Below, piece by piece: positions 23,117-36,930 of a DNA stretch of 64,000 nucleotides (its first letter is position 1; each line of letters begins with the position of its first letter). Origin of the DNA: Phaeosaccion multiseriatum (Eukaryota; Protista; Ochrophyta, other classes); the NCBI GenBank assembly GCA_965112735.1, contig OZ218960.1, positions 372,001 through 436,000 of the forward strand, given 5' to 3'. The notes under the pieces were generated by a model. That model was not told the origin of the DNA. It saw nothing but the letters and a program-made list of their open reading frames with translations, and made no database searches. The translations under genes were made by a program, and so were the position numbers.

Positions 23117-24726
23117 TTACACAAAAGTCCTTTCCAGGTTCCCATCCCCTCTCTGCCCTTCCTCTTCCTCTTCCTCCTCCTCTTCCTCCTCCCTCTCAGG
23201 AGTGTCTTCTCGGAGAGGCTCCATGCTAGTAATAGTAGTGCCTCCTCCTCCTCCTCCTCCTCCTCCTCCTCCTCCTCCTCCTCCTCCTCCAGCCGCAGTA
23301 CCGCCGTCACCATCACCCCCGATGCCCCCCTTCGCACCCCCCCCAACGGACCTCAGAGACCTCCTCGAGCCGCTCCCTGCTCTGACTTGTCTCTCCACGT
23401 CGGGCTCGGGGTCAGCTTCATCATCAATGCTCCTGTGGCTGCTCATGCTTGCCGACCGCGAGCGAGGTACAGGCCCGCCGAAAGCACCCCCCGCCCGCAT
23501 CCACGGCTGAGTATTGCTGAGGGAGGAGGAGGAAGAGAAGCAGCCGCAGCAGACCTGAGACCAAGAGGCTTTCTTCATCGCCGCGTGTACGGTATCTGTG
23601 AGTCCGTAGGCAATCGCGTTGAGCAAGCCCTGAGAGTGCCAAGCAAGCCACATGATAGCAAGCATAGCAACAAGAGCAAGCATAGTCAGAGAAAGCGTAG
23701 CAACAAGAGCAAGCAAAGCAAAAAGAGCAAGCACACTTCATCAAGCCATCATTGGGGTGGGGCGACGGATGAGGGTTTGGCAACGCCCTGCTGGGTATCT
23801 CACCAACACGCATAGCAAATGCATACGCAATCAAGCAAGCAATTACTCAGCGATGGAAGAAAGAGGGACAGGTAGGCAGGCGGATTAATGCCCACTGCAA
23901 GGGAAATACTGGGGCATATATAAGTGTGTTTCTGAGTTTCCTACCTGCAGTCGGACCGTGATAGTCGCGGCGAGAGTCAGCTCAAAAATGGCATCGTCGG
24001 GAGAAACCGAGTTCTGTCATATTTATAATGGCAGAGCAGAGGGGGAGGGGAGGAGGGAGGGCGGGGAGGGGCCAGAGGCAAGGGGCAGGGTGGAGGCAAG
24101 TTTTAGAGAGTAGACCTTCATCAGTGTCAGTAAGAATCCAAGAAGTCCATGTCGAAAGCTTCTGTGGTCAACTTGAACGCTTGATTCGAGCCGCCGCCTG
24201 AAAGACTGAGCAAAGAGAATAGGGCCCGCGCTAAGTAACACGTAAGCAAAAAGGAGAGACGTTTATGTGTGTCGTAGTTTTGGTACAAAGAGAGGAAAAA
24301 GAAAGAAAAGAAACCGATACTCACGTGAATTCGGTTGCAGGTGGGCAGTGTCCAACAGAATATGAGAATGGCAGGGTAGATCCACAGGCGCCGTATGAAC
24401 CTGTAAGTAATACAATATTAAATTAATAAAAAGGAAGTCGCATAACACGAGCGATTAACACAAGGGAGGGGACGGAGGAGGAGGGAGGCGGTGAGAAAGG
24501 AGAAGCGAAAACGAGAGACAAAAAGAAAAGATGTGGAAGTACAAAACAAACAAACAAACAAACATACAAACAAGCCAATAAAAAAGATGACACGAAGCCG
24601 CTCCCCCGCCTGTGCAGGCTTTCTCCTGCCCCATAACCTCATCTCATCTTACCTCACAAGGCGCTCCTCCTGACATGAGACGGACACAGCAAGAGCACAC
24701 GAGAGGCAGGCAGGCAGGGAGGCAGG

Positions 24727-24769
<43 letters not shown>

Positions 24770-24842
24770 ACAGGCAGGTAGACAGGCAGGCAGGTAGACA
24801 GGCAGACAGGCAGGCAGGCAGGCAGGCAGGCAGGGAGGCAGG

Positions 24843-24915
<73 letters not shown>

Positions 24916-24922
24916 AGGCAGG

Positions 24923-24986
<64 letters not shown>

Positions 24987-25072
24987 TAGACAGGCAGGCA
25001 GGTAGACAGGCAGACAGGCAGACAGGCAGGCAGATAAGCAGGCAGGTAGGGAGGCAGGGAGGCAGGAAGGCA

Positions 25073-25149
<77 letters not shown>

Positions 25150-26580
25150 ACAGGCAGGCAGGAAGGCAGACAGACAGGCAGGCAGGCCAGCAGGCAGACA
25201 GGCAGGTAGACAGGCAGACAGACAGGTAGGCAGGCATGAGAAGCAGCGCACACAAAACACACCACATCACATGCATTACCTCATCCAGATCGATCGATCC
25301 GGGACGCAAAGGAGAAAGCAAAGCAAAGCACATACTTCGTAGTAAAAAACAGTTAAGACACTCAAAACTCAAATTCAAACTACAACCGTTCCACCCCCGT
25401 CCATCCCCTCCCCTCCCCTCCCCCACTCTGCAGCTCCTCTCTGTGTGTGCTACTTACGCTACTTACCAGCGCGAACACCTCACCCTCCGTCTGCCGAGAG
25501 GACCGGGGGCCAGCGAGAGCCCCATCCACCGAGCCTCTCCGAAGCGGACCTGATGCTCCCCCTCCTGCTCCGCCGTCCGTCAAGCTCCCATCTTCACCAC
25601 CACTGCCACCGAAGGCGTGCTGTGAAGTAGGGAGGGAAGGAAGGCCCGAACCGAGGCGACCAGAGGCTGAGGCTGAGGCGGATGCGGAGGACGCCTCACT
25701 GGCATGCATGTTATGCATTCGCATCGTTCGGCTGCGGAAGCGAGCAATGTTCCTCGAGATGATTCCGTAGAGCACCACTTCGTAACCGACCACGACCCAC
25801 AGAGGTATGTAGAAGGCCACGTATCGCCACGTTGTTCCGAGGCTTCGATAATCACCGTTCCTCTCCGCCTGAGGCCTGACGTCGATCCAGCACCACGCGC
25901 CTGTGGGTCCGTAGCTCTGCGTGATGAGCGGGAGTACAGTGAAGAAAGCCGCTGTGGACCACATGAAGGCCTGTGGGTGTGTGCGTGTGTGTGTGCGTGT
26001 GTGCGTGCGTGCGTGTGTGTGTGTGTGCGCGTGTGTGTGTAAAGGGGGAGGGGGAGATGTCTTGCCCTGCTCTGCTCTCTCCCAAATACCTCGGCTCTTA
26101 CCCTGCCCTGCCCTACCCAGCCCTGTCCATATGTCTCTGCTGCTCACCCACACACCCACACGCAACCGCATCCACGCACCCACACGCAACCTAGGCACCC
26201 ACCTGGACCCTGACCAAGAAGATGGCCCGCTCCGTGGTGCTGAATACGCGAAGCTTGAGCGCGACAAGGCGCATCACAAAGGCGATAGAGGCCGCACACG
26301 CCCATGACGCAATGGGGAAGAACTGAATCGTTAAGGCCTGGGCACTGCATAGAAGCGATCCCTGCTCCGGGGAACCGATGATGTACCCAATCGAACTCCC
26401 AATGTCAGTGATCGCTAAAAGAGTGACCAGTTGAAAAGACAGTATTCTCAGGGCGGGGAGCCGCCAGTAGGTGATTAAGATGAGCAAGGACCCGCACAGG
26501 GAACAGCTTGCACACACGCGCGCAACCAAGACCAGTGTGTCCACCTGCTCCTTAGAGAATTGATTGATTGCCCCAGCCAT
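23117..26580 (-). CDS. 7TM receptor of cAMP receptor-like/GCR1 type
   Basis: ATG 26580. TM segments [59 protein letters not shown]...[12 protein letters not shown]. Exons about 26580-26203, 25970-25467, 24669-24653, 24400-24325, 24013-23945, 23632-23117. The 3' end may splice on to about 22775. Confidence 0.88.
24705..25235. repeat. (GGCA)n/(CCTG)n intronic tetranucleotide tract
   Basis: About 530 bp imperfect tract in a GPCR intron. Confidence 0.97.
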
Positions 26581-27093
26581 GTTTGGAACCCTTGCCGGAC
26601 AAGATAACTGCGAGGGGAGGATATGGGACACGGGAAGGGAGGAGGGTGAGAGATAGGGCCAAAGACAGCAAGAGGGAAAGGGGAGCACGGTAAACAAACC
26701 TTTCTTTCCCCGCAGAACAAACCTTTCTTTCCGGGTGATCAGTCTAATTAGCTGTTGCCATAACCTTCCCGACCTCCCTGCCGATTGGAGATCTCCAACA
26801 ACTTAGCACCTCCCCCTCCCTCTCCCTTGCTATCGGATTCGGAAGTGAATTGAAGGAGGGGGGAAGAGAAGGGGGGGGGGAGAAAAGTAATAATTCTGTC
26901 GACGCCGACACCAAGTATTGCCTGCCCCAACGATCTCCCCTCAGCACAAGAGAGAGAGAGAGAGAGAGAGAGAGGCTTTCCTTCGTTTGAGCTTGTGTAC
27001 GTTCGTTCCATCAACAGCTGCGACGAAGCTTGTCGTTGCAGCTGGATCGGGTTGCCCCATTGAGAAGAGAAAAGCTCTCCCTTGGGTGGCACG

Positions 27094-27666
27094 ATGGCGG
27101 AACGGAAACAGGAGCCGGCGCCAAAGGAAGGAGGAGGCAAGACCTGGGGCGGGTGGTTAAAGCAGGTCCAGTCTCAAACGAAGAATTTGGTGGTGCAGGT
27201 GAGGTGCTTGCTCCTTCTGCTGTGGCGTCAGGGGTTGTGCTATGATGCTTCCTTCCCCCCCCTCTCCCATCCTTCTTTGTCGCTCCCCGCCGGTGCTCTC
27301 ACCACCTCAACGCCGTCCTCTGTCCGTCGATTCGATCCGATTGGTGCATCTGTTTGCCACAGGCGGGCGACAACGTGGAGCAGGCGCGGAAGAAGCTTGA
27401 GGAAAACAACCCTTCGGTAGGTGGGGAGGATGGATACAAGCCATGCTGCTTTGGTCGCACGTACAACTTGCCCTTCCACCTGTCAGCAAATGTCTGCCGC
27501 AGGGGTCTGAGCAGCTGCAGGCAGGAGAGATGGAGCTTCGGACTCTACCTCTTTCACACGCCTCACATGCAGTCGGGATGTCGCCCCAGCGGAACGCCTC
27601 TTCCTCCCTGTCCCCTCTGATGCAACTTTACGCACTCCTCTAACTGCCTTCCCTGCCCACTGCACG

Positions 27667-27698
<32 letters not shown>

Positions 27699-28978
27699 CC
27701 GGCCCATATGCTTGCCCATATACCTATCTGCCCATGCCTGGTGACAGCGCTATGCGGCTCTGGCCAAGCTTGGCGACGACGTGCACAAGGGCGTGAAGCA
27801 AGGGGTGCACCACCTGCACGTCAACCTGGCCGTGCACACAGGCTACAACAGACCACCTCCGACAGGTATGTACCTACCCACAAGCGATGCGAGCAGAAAG
27901 ACAGAGAGGACAGATAGATGGAGAGAGATGGTTTGGGTATTGTAGCTACTTCACTGCCTCTGCATCTGGCCCTGGCCTTGGCCCTGGCCCTGACCCTGAC
28001 TCCGCCCCTTCACCAGCGGACGAAGTCGGCCAGCTGGACTTGTGCTACGTGACAGAGCGAGTCATCGCCATGACCTTCCCCTCTGAGAGCAGAAGGGACT
28101 CTGTCCTCGCCGGCTTGGCAGGAGTGGGAGGAGGAGGAGGAGGAGGAGGGGGAGGAGGAGGATCAGGGGCGGGGGCGGCATCGGGTCCAAGACGCGGATC
28201 TGCTGGGGGGGCGGGGTCGGTGGCTTCATCCGCTGCTGCAGCCTCCTCCTCTCCCCCCCCCCCCGGTGGGAATGATATTTCAGTGGTGAGCGCGTTGCTT
28301 CGGAGCAGACACCCGGGAAAGTTCATGGTGTATAACGTCAGCGAAGAGACCTACGACTATCGATACTTCGATGACCAGGTAGGGAGGGGAGGGAGAGGGG
28401 GGGAGAGGGGGGGGGAGCGAGCGAGGGAGAGGAGGAGATGGGGAGTGAGGAAGGGAGGGAGGGAGGGAGGGAGGGAGGGAGGGAGGGAGGGAGGGAGAGG
28501 GAAGGAGTGAGGGGAGGTGCGAAGGTAGGCAGGGAGGGAGGTCGATACCTGTCATCCGTCCTTATCCTTGCCCTGTATCACGGTCTGGTCTCACCATATG
28601 ACTTTTATCACCACGTGACTTCATTACTACCACTGCCAACCATCACTTTCATCCCCTCTCCACTCCACTCCCCCCAAACAAAAGGTGCTGGAGTTTCGCT
28701 TCCCCGGTCATCCCGCGCCCCCCCTGGGTATGTTGTTTAAGATTAGTACCTCCATCGAGAATTGGCTTGAAGCAGACCCGCAGAACATTGCTGCGGTGCA
28801 TTGCCTCACGGGCAAGGGCAGGACGGCCACTGTGCTGGCCAGTTACCTTGCTTGGGTAGGTGAGCTTGGGAGCCCATTCGAGGCCCTCCAGGTAGGTGGG
28901 GTGAGAGAGTGACGGAATGGAAACACACACTTGGACTTTCATTGACTTACAGGAGGAGTAAGTCTAGGGCATAGATAC

Positions 28979-29030
<52 letters not shown>

Positions 29031-32000
29031 TGGATTGATGGCACTGTGCCACAGCACCACGCGAACGTCAATCAATTGATGTACATATCCGCCACGATAC
29101 CAACCAACCCAACCCCCCTTGGCGCTCCCCCCCCCCCGCTCCTCTACTCAGCTGATAGCAGAGAGGAAGGGGGTGGAGATGGAACGTCTCACTATCCCGA
29201 GTCAGCGCCGCTACCTTCAATACTTTTCGAACATGCTGGATGGGGTCCGGCCGAGGGCGGAGCCGCTGCTGCTCCGAAGGGTAATCATGAACACGATCCC
29301 TCGCTTCGGGACCAAGGTGGGGAAAGGGAGCCGGGGGGGAGGGCTTGGACTTTGACTTTCAGCGGTTACAGTTGCAGTTTCAGTTTGTGGAGTCTTCGTA
29401 GGGCAGTGGCAGTATGTGTGGTGGTTGTACGGAATTCGTTCATTGTGTAGTAGCACGTTGGATGAGCTGTCCCAGGGAGGAAGGGAGTGAGTGAGTGAGT
29501 GAGTGAGTGAGCCAGCATCTTGCTTCTTGCACCACCACCTTCTCACTTACCTCCTCCCACATCTCTCTTGTGTCGCCCACTCTCTGAAGGCGGGCAAGAT
29601 TATCAAGAATGGCTTCGGTATTGCCGATAGCGACAATCCGGGCTGCTGCCCTTACATTCAAATCTTCAAGGGGGGCAAGCTTATCTTCACCACCACTTAC
29701 AAGCCACTCGAGGCTCAGGGAACTTCCTCCAATGCATCCACACCCTCTCGAGCAGCAGCAGCAGCAGGAGGAGGAGGGGGGGCGGGCGAGGGGAATGGCA
29801 CCGACCAAGGGGTGAGGGCTCCGCCCTCGCCCTCAGGGGGGGCAGGAAACAAGGCGGACAGCAGTGGTTCAGCAGCAGCAGGAGGAGGAGCAGGCGCAGG
29901 AGCAGGAGCAGGAGCAGCAGTTGGTGATACAGCAGCGGCCTCGGACTCCTCCCAGCCCCTCCCGTGGGCCTACCCCAGCGACGAGTCCATCTCGTTTGCC
30001 CTGGACTGTGTGGTGCAGGGAGACTTGCTCATTCGCTGTCGCCATTTGAGCGTCACGGGGCAGCGCGTGTCCATGTTCAGAGCGGCGTTCCACACGGGCT
30101 ACGTGCCCTGTGGGGTACTCCGGCTCAGCAAAAGCCAAGTAAGATACCTACGGGGGGGTTCCTAAGGAGGGGGCGTGTGGAGGGTGTGCCAGGGCGCAGA
30201 GGACAACAGTCAACAGTCAGTGACGTACCGGGCGGCCCCCTCTCTCTCTTTCTGATCTTGTTCCAAGCCTCACTTCCTTCTTCAGCCATGTCCCCCCCCC
30301 CCCTCTCTCTCTCTGTGTGTGTGTCACTCTCTTTTGTCCCTTGCCTTTCTGTGCACTTTGAGCCTCTCTCTCTTGTGTGTGTGTGCGTGTGTGCATGTCA
30401 CTCTGTGTATGCCTTGCTCTCGGTGCACATGACCCTCTCTGTCTGTCAGTATCTCTCTTTCTATATGTCCTGCTCACTCCCTGGTTCTCTGCCACCTCTC
30501 ATCAACTCCTCACCGCGTATACCCTCCTCCCTCCATGCCCTACCCTACCCTACCTTCCTTTATGATACCCTACCCTACCTTCCTTTATGATACCCTACCC
30601 TACCCTACTCGTACCCTACCCTACCTTCCTTTATGATACCCTACCCTACCTTCCTTTATGATACCCTACCCTACTCGTACCCTACCCTACCCTACCTTCC
30701 TTTATGATACCCTACCCTACCTTCCTTTATGATACACTACCGTACCTTCCTTTATGATACCCTACCCTACCTTCCTTTATGATACCCTACCCTACCTTCC
30801 TTTATGATACCCTACCCTACCTTCCTTTATGATACCCTACCCTACTCGTACCCTACCCTACCCTACCCTACCCTACCCCACCCCGCCCTCCACAGCTCGA
30901 CGGTGCTTGCGGCGACTCTCGTTTCGACCAAAACTTCTTCCTCGACCTCATTTTCGATCCCGTCGATAATCCTGACACCACGCGCCCTAAGAGCCCCATC
31001 GGGGGGGCAGTTGGTGGTACAGGGGCGGCGTCGGCCTCGGTCGAGACAGAGAACTCTGCTGCGAGGAGACGCAAAGAGGGAAATGGAGGAGGAGGAGGAG
31101 GAGGGGGGGGGGGAGGAGTGTGCCTACGATTCACTGCTGCGGAAGGATGCGCAATTCTGGGATGAAATCGCAGCGAGGAAGAAGCGGAGAGAAGCGAGGA
31201 TAGCGGCGGAGGAAGCGGGGGGTGGCGTCATGGCGTCTGTGGGAGGGTCGACTGCCCTGAAGGGCGGGGGGGGCAGCGGCGTGGGGAGCGTTGGAAGTGG
31301 CGCTGCTGCAGCAGGTGGTGGTGTGCGTCCTGCCGCCTTGGTTTGTCGCAAGGGGGATGCATTGGTGCCTTCTGGGGCGGCTACGGTAGATGGTTCTGCT
31401 GGTGGTGGTGCTGCTGCTGGTCCGGTGCAAAAGTTTAGCATTTTCGATGGAGATGGCTCCATGGAGGATGATGATAACATGGATGGTGATGAATTCGGGG
31501 TGGGAGGAGGCGGAGGAGGAGGAGGGAGGGGGTCTTCGCTCGGGTTGCGGATAGGGGATGGAGGAGGAGGAGGAGGAGGAGGAGGGGGGGGGCTCGTGCC
31601 AGGAGCGGGTTCGCCCGCTGCTGCTCAGGGTGTGGCAAAGTCGCAGAGCCTCCGTTCCAAGCAGCACGACTTGTTGGCCGAGCTTGCTGCGTTGGAGGGC
31701 GGGGGGGGCGGGGAAGGTGACGATGCCAGTAGCGGTGGTGGTGGAGGAGGAGGTGGTGGTGGTGGTGGAGAAGAAGAAGAAGGAGGAGGAGGAGGAGGAG
31801 GAGGAGGAGGTGGTGGTGGTGGTGGAGAAGAAGAAGAAGAAGGAGGAGGAGGAGGAGGAGGAGGAGGAGGAGGAGGAGGAGGAGGAGGAGGAGCAGGAGG
31901 AGGAGGAGGAGGCGGGGGGCGGGTGAAGGGGAAGGAGGGAGTTGACATTTCGTCCGGAGACGGCGGCATCGCAGCGGCAGCGGGCCTTGCTGTAGATGGT

Positions 32001-32358
32001 GGTCGTGGTGGCGGTCGAAGTGAAAGCAAAGGGGACGGAAGAAACGGAAAGAACGAAGGAGGAGGAGGAGGAGGAGGAGGAGGAGGAGGAGGAGGAGGAG
32101 GAGGAGGAGGAGGAGAGAAGGAAGCAGAAGGGAAGGTGCCTGCTGGCACTAGCAGCACCAGTACTGAGCTGAACGCTCTAGCTGCCCTGGAGAAGGAGCT
32201 TGGCCTCGATGAGCTCGGTTTGGGGGACTTGTCGATGGCCTCAGAAGGCGGGGCAGGAGGGGGAGGGGCGGGGGGAGGAGGAAGAGGATGACTTGGATTT
32301 AGGGGACCTCGACTTGGACGATCTCGAGGGTTATCTGGAGAGCCTCACCAAGAAATGA
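27094..32358 (+). CDS. PTEN/tensin-type phosphatase with C2 domain and long Gly/acidic tail
   Basis: LDLCYVTERVIAMTFP, FMVYNVSEETYD, P-loop VHCLTGKGRT (HC at 28799), TIPSQRRYLQYF, C2 CPYIQIF..VQGDLLIRCRH..MFRAAFHTGY..LSKSQLD..F.LDLIF. Apparent frameshifts in G runs near 31105 and 32270; C-terminus LEGYLESLTKK*. Confidence 0.88.
30538..30880. repeat. Composite intronic minisatellite (TACCC)n/TACCTTCCTTTATGA
   Basis: Repeated TACCCTACCTTCCTTTATGA units. Confidence 0.92.
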
Positions 32359-32735
32359 TAGGAGAGGCACATGTCATCGTACGTGTGATGTTTGTTCCTT
32401 CTTTTCACCGCTACATCGGACAACAACAATTTCCGATTCCGATTCCGATTCCGATGGAGTCGTACGTATGATACTTCCAAGTCATGGCGCCCCCACCTGC
32501 ACCGGACACTCACAGAGGATAAGAGCCACGTCCAGCCATAGAAGCTACCCCCCTACCCTCCCCCCCCCCACCTCAAGTCAGACCAGCAGCCACCAAATCG
32601 GCATCACTCGATAGGCGCATCCGAAAACACTCCGACGCACCCTTCCTTGCCTCTGAATCTGAAGGACGGACAGGTGTTGAATCAATGACGAGGGCTGAGA
32701 GGTGAGGTGAGGTGAGGTGAGGTGAGGTGGATGAC

Positions 32736-32772
32736 TATTGACTTAATAGGAATCACCTAAGAAACTGAAAGT
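32736..32772 (-). repeat. 37-bp dispersed repeat, copy 2
   Basis: Reverse complement of 3936-3972. Confidence 0.85.
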
Positions 32773-33316
32773 GTGAATGTGAGGTGGATGATGGCGGTGT
32801 GAGGCGCTGAGTAGCGACAGGCCCTGCTCCTCCTCCCCTGTGCCGAGCGATAGAGCCCCTGTCCCGAGAACCGAAAGAGGCCCCTTGGTGAGGAGTTGGT
32901 TGTTCAGGGCCGTTTCCGTAAGGAGAGTGATGATGAGTGGTTGGTTGTTCAGGGCCATTTCCGAAGCCACCTCCAGGGGATAGTTTATACTCCCCTCTGC
33001 TGCGGCGGTACCCCTCTCCTGCGGCGGTACCCCCCTCTGCTTTTGCCAAAGGTGGGATTACCTGCGTGCATCATGTTCAGGGCAGTCTGCGGTGCGAAGG
33101 GCTCCGCAGCTGCGGCAAGGAGGCGCTCTTCGACACGAGTGGAAGCCCCACACTGCCGTGCACAGACCAGGGCAAAGCAAGTCTGGACTCGGACAGATGA
33201 GAGTATCTACAATGGTTTGGGTATTTGGTTTGGTGTATGTAGTATGCAATATGTAAGGAAACGGAGAAAGAATGGGCATACATGTATTTGGTTGGGTATC
33301 GAGGTGACACATGCGA

Positions 33317-36300
33317 CTAAGCCAGTAAGCTACTCTCCCCATCGTAGTTGGCGTCAGTGGTCTTTTGCTGTATGTACACGGTGGCCCCACCCCAACTCAT
33401 CTCGTACATTTCGCTGTCCACTACCTCGAACTGAGGCAAGAGGGAGGAGGGATGGGGTTGGTGGTACAGCAGTTGTGAGTACAGCAGGCAGTGGTGTAGC
33501 ATGGGAGAGAGCAACGCACATGGCAGAGCAGAGAGCAGAGGAGAAGGAAGCGACACTCGGGTAGATATACACTCGGGTAGATATGGGATAAAGCCCCCCC
33601 CCCCCCTCCCTCTGCCCATATGCTTTCCAATTATGCCTCCTTGGCCCATATGCCTGACCCATATGCTCACACCCACCTGATCTGTGGGCAGCTTGCGCGT
33701 AAAGGTGATGAAAAAGGCTCCCTTGCGCATGGCGGCGGCCTGAACAGCGATGGCGGACATCATCGCATGATCAAAGCACGTGCTGTTGGCGAACACAACG
33801 TCTCCGTCCGTCCACTCGCAGACTTCGCTGTCGAACATGGAGCCGTGGAGAAACTTCACCTCTGCGTGTGTGTCAAAGGGGTAGGGAGAGAGAGGGAGAG
33901 AGAGAGAGAGAGAGGGAGAGAAGGAGAGAAGAGGAGAGCACAAAAGAGATACATACGTGAAAGAGAAAAAGAGAACGAGGGGCTGAAGGGTGGAAGCGGC
34001 GACAAAGCCAATCAAAGGAGCGACAAGCCACTCCTCCCCCCCATATGCCTCCATCCACTCACCAGTGGGCGGCTCTCTGCCAAGCTCGTTCCTCGGACAT
34101 GCTTTGCCTTCCTCCCAGGCCTGCTGCATGGCAACACTTGCGGTGTACAGGCCCTCCAACACCTCCACACCCACCACGGACTCGAAGTGGTGAAGGATAG
34201 CTGCGGCGATGACCGGCTTGCCTGTGCCAACGGGCAGAGAGAGAGAGGGAGGGAGGGAGAGGGAGGGAGGGAGGGAGGGGAGGAGGGAGGGAGGGAGGGA
34301 GGGAGGGAGGGAGGGAGGGAGGGAGGGAGGGAGGGAGGGAGGGAGGGAGGGAGGGAGGGAGGGTATGATAAGCATGTGCCCGTCCATCTTCTCTCCATGC
34401 TTCCATGCATCCACCCATCCCTCTTGTCAATTCTTCCTGCCTGTCTGGCTCTCTTGGCCGTCCATCAAATGCCTCTCCCTCTGCCTCCCAAAACCGATCA
34501 TGTCCTTTCTGGTTGAGTTGCCAGTCTCCTCTCTCTCTCTCCCTCTCCCCCTCCCTCACCACCCCTCCCCCTCCCTCCCTCTCTATCTGCCCATATGACC
34601 CTGCCTGCCCACGCACCTGTCCCACTACCGAGGTCGTACAAGGTGTCAGCCCCGTCCCTCTGCATGACGCCCTCCTCGTCTGTGTGGAACGCGCCCGGCA
34701 GGCCTGTGCATCCGTGCGTGCGTGTGAGGTGAGGTGAGGTGAAGTGAAGTGAGGTAAGGTGTGAAGATCTGGGGTGAAGGAACAAATATGAATGCGTCCT
34801 CGGTGTCAGTCACGCATGGGATAAAATCAAATTGGCGCTAGACCAAATCGAGGGCAGTGAAGTGAGTGAAGGTATGAGGTGAGTGAACAAGGGGGCATTG
34901 AAGTGAGTGAAGGTATGAGGTGAGTGAACAAGGGAAGCAGAGCGAAGCAGAGGAAAGCAGAGCGAAGCAGAGGAAAGCACGCACCGAAGTGGCGCTTGAT
35001 CTTGTCGAGGGCAATGGCGAAGGAGTCGAAAGAGATCTCGCCATAGACCAGAGTTCCTCTGAGAGGAGGAGGAGGAGGAGGAGGAGGAGGAGGAGAAGGA
35101 GGAGGTGGAGGAGGAGGAGGGGGAGAAGAAGAAGAAGAAGAAGAAGAAGAAGAAGAAGAAGAAGAAGAAGAAGAAGAAGAAGAAGAAGAAGAAGAAGAAG
35201 AAGAAGAAGAAGAAGAAGAAGAAGAAGAAGAAGAAGAAGAAGAAGAGGAGGAGGAGGAGGAGGAGGAGGAGGTGGTGGAGGACGAGGAGGAGGAGGAGGA
35301 GGAGGAGGAGGAAGAGGAGGAGGAGGAGGAGGAGGAGGAGGAGGAGGAGGAGGAGGAGGAGGAGGAGGAGGAGGAGGAGGAGGACGAGGAGGAGGAGGAG
35401 GACGAGGGGGGGGGGGGGTGGGGGCAGCGGAGCGTCAGTGCTTGTCCCCGCGCCCTTTGCTGGCTGGTACTGCGTTCAAGGGGGGGGACGTAGACGCTAC
35501 ATACATAGACGCACCCATGCATGCAGGGGGATGGATGACAGTGGATGGATGGCAGTGGATGGATGGCAGTGGATGCATGGCAACGAGTATGCTTACTTGC
35601 TAGACTCGCCGATCTCCTCCCTTTCTCTCTTGGAGAGCGCCTTGCCGATGGACACCGGGAAGTCTCCCACCACCCTGTTGTACAGCGCCTCTTTCGCCTT
35701 GAGCTTCTCCACATCAAAGCCCTGAGCAGTGGTGAGGCAGCAGCACGCCGAGGTGGAGAAAGGAGAAGAAAAAGAAGGAAGGAAGGAATGACAGATGTGC
35801 ACAGTCAGTCCCTCCGGCACAGCCGCTTCAAACCGCTTTAGCCAGGTTGTAACGGCAATACGTACGCGCAATGGGCGGAGCGCGCTTGGCGGGGGTTCAG
35901 ACAGCACAGAGGGAGTGGGTCCTCAGAGTCAAAGCGCTCCCCATATTGATGCATGTTTCACGCCTTTCCGAACACTTGCATCTAGATACTGGGGTAGGAT
36001 CACCAGCACCAGCACCAGCACCAGCAAAAGTAGCACAAACACAACACGCACACACCTCCAAGGTTTTGGTCATATCTATTTGGCCGACGACGGCAGAGGG
36101 GTCTTGGGTGTAGCGCTGCGTCCTTCGACTGAGCTCCTCTAGCGCCAGAGCGGCGTCCGCCCTGAGCTCGTCATCCGGCTGGCCTCTTGTGCCGACGCTG
36201 GAAGAAGAAGCCCCTCCTCCACTACCCGGTAGAGAGTCAAGCCCGGCATTCGACCTGCTCGCGTCGTCTGTCCCTCCTCCTCCTTCTTCTCTCTCTTTTC

Positions 36301-36454
36301 CTCCTTCTCCTCCTCTTTCTTCTTCTTCTCCTCCCCCCCCACCACCCCAGCCCTCCGTTCCTCTTTTTTTTTCTGATCCTATTACTTCGTTTTCCTTCTC
36401 GCCTCCCATGCCACTGCCCTCCTCTGCCTTCGCTTCTGTGTCTGCATCAGTCAT
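33317..36454 (-). CDS. DOT1-like SAM-dependent (histone-lysine type) methyltransferase
   Basis: Spliced motifs TLVYGEISF, LYDLGSGTGKPV, VVGVEVLEGL, DVVFANSTCFD, KGAFFITFT, MSWGGATVYI. Confidence 0.85.
35062..35410. repeat. (GAG)n/(GAA)n intronic triplet tract
   Basis: Long pure runs that form the polypyrimidine side of a minus-strand intron. Confidence 0.95.
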
Positions 36455-36930
36455 CCTCGCTTGCCGACGCCAACGCGACTACCCGTACGTGCAGCGATCG
36501 CTTCTTCAGAGCTTCCCGCCGGGCAACCTTCAGATTTTGAGCAGTGGCAAAAACAGCGAAGGGATTCTTCAAGGGAAAGAGGAAACAGCCGCAGCTTTTC
36601 TCGGTCCTGCCCCTACTGCTCTTCTTACATCTGCGATTCGATTCTTGTGGGTGTAAAATTATCTTCTTTCTCTTCTTCGTTGTGCCTCTCGCCAACCTGT
36701 GAGGCCGGAGGTAGGTCCAACACGCGAAGCAAGGAACACCCAACACCACCTTTTATGGTGATTGTCGCCGGAAGGGGCTTCCCAACAGAAACTAGAGAGT
36801 GTCAAAAGGAAAAGAGGCTACTGACAGGACGCAGGACCAGAGGCAGAAGCAGGGAGAGGGTGAAACGCCGATACTAAACGAAAATCTTCCCACCTCCCTA
36901 GAGGTCCCTTTCGATGAGCAAGTGCTTTCG

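Noticed and set aside
24644-25426. (CLPA)n repeat proteins
   Set aside because: Translation of an intronic (CCTG)n microsatellite. The same applies to the PTYL, PSFL, GQVRS and poly-E/K/S ORFs.
34060-34110. GC-AG intron donor in the DOT1-like gene
   Set aside because: A canonical GTGAGT donor in the same phase at about 34062 fits equally well.
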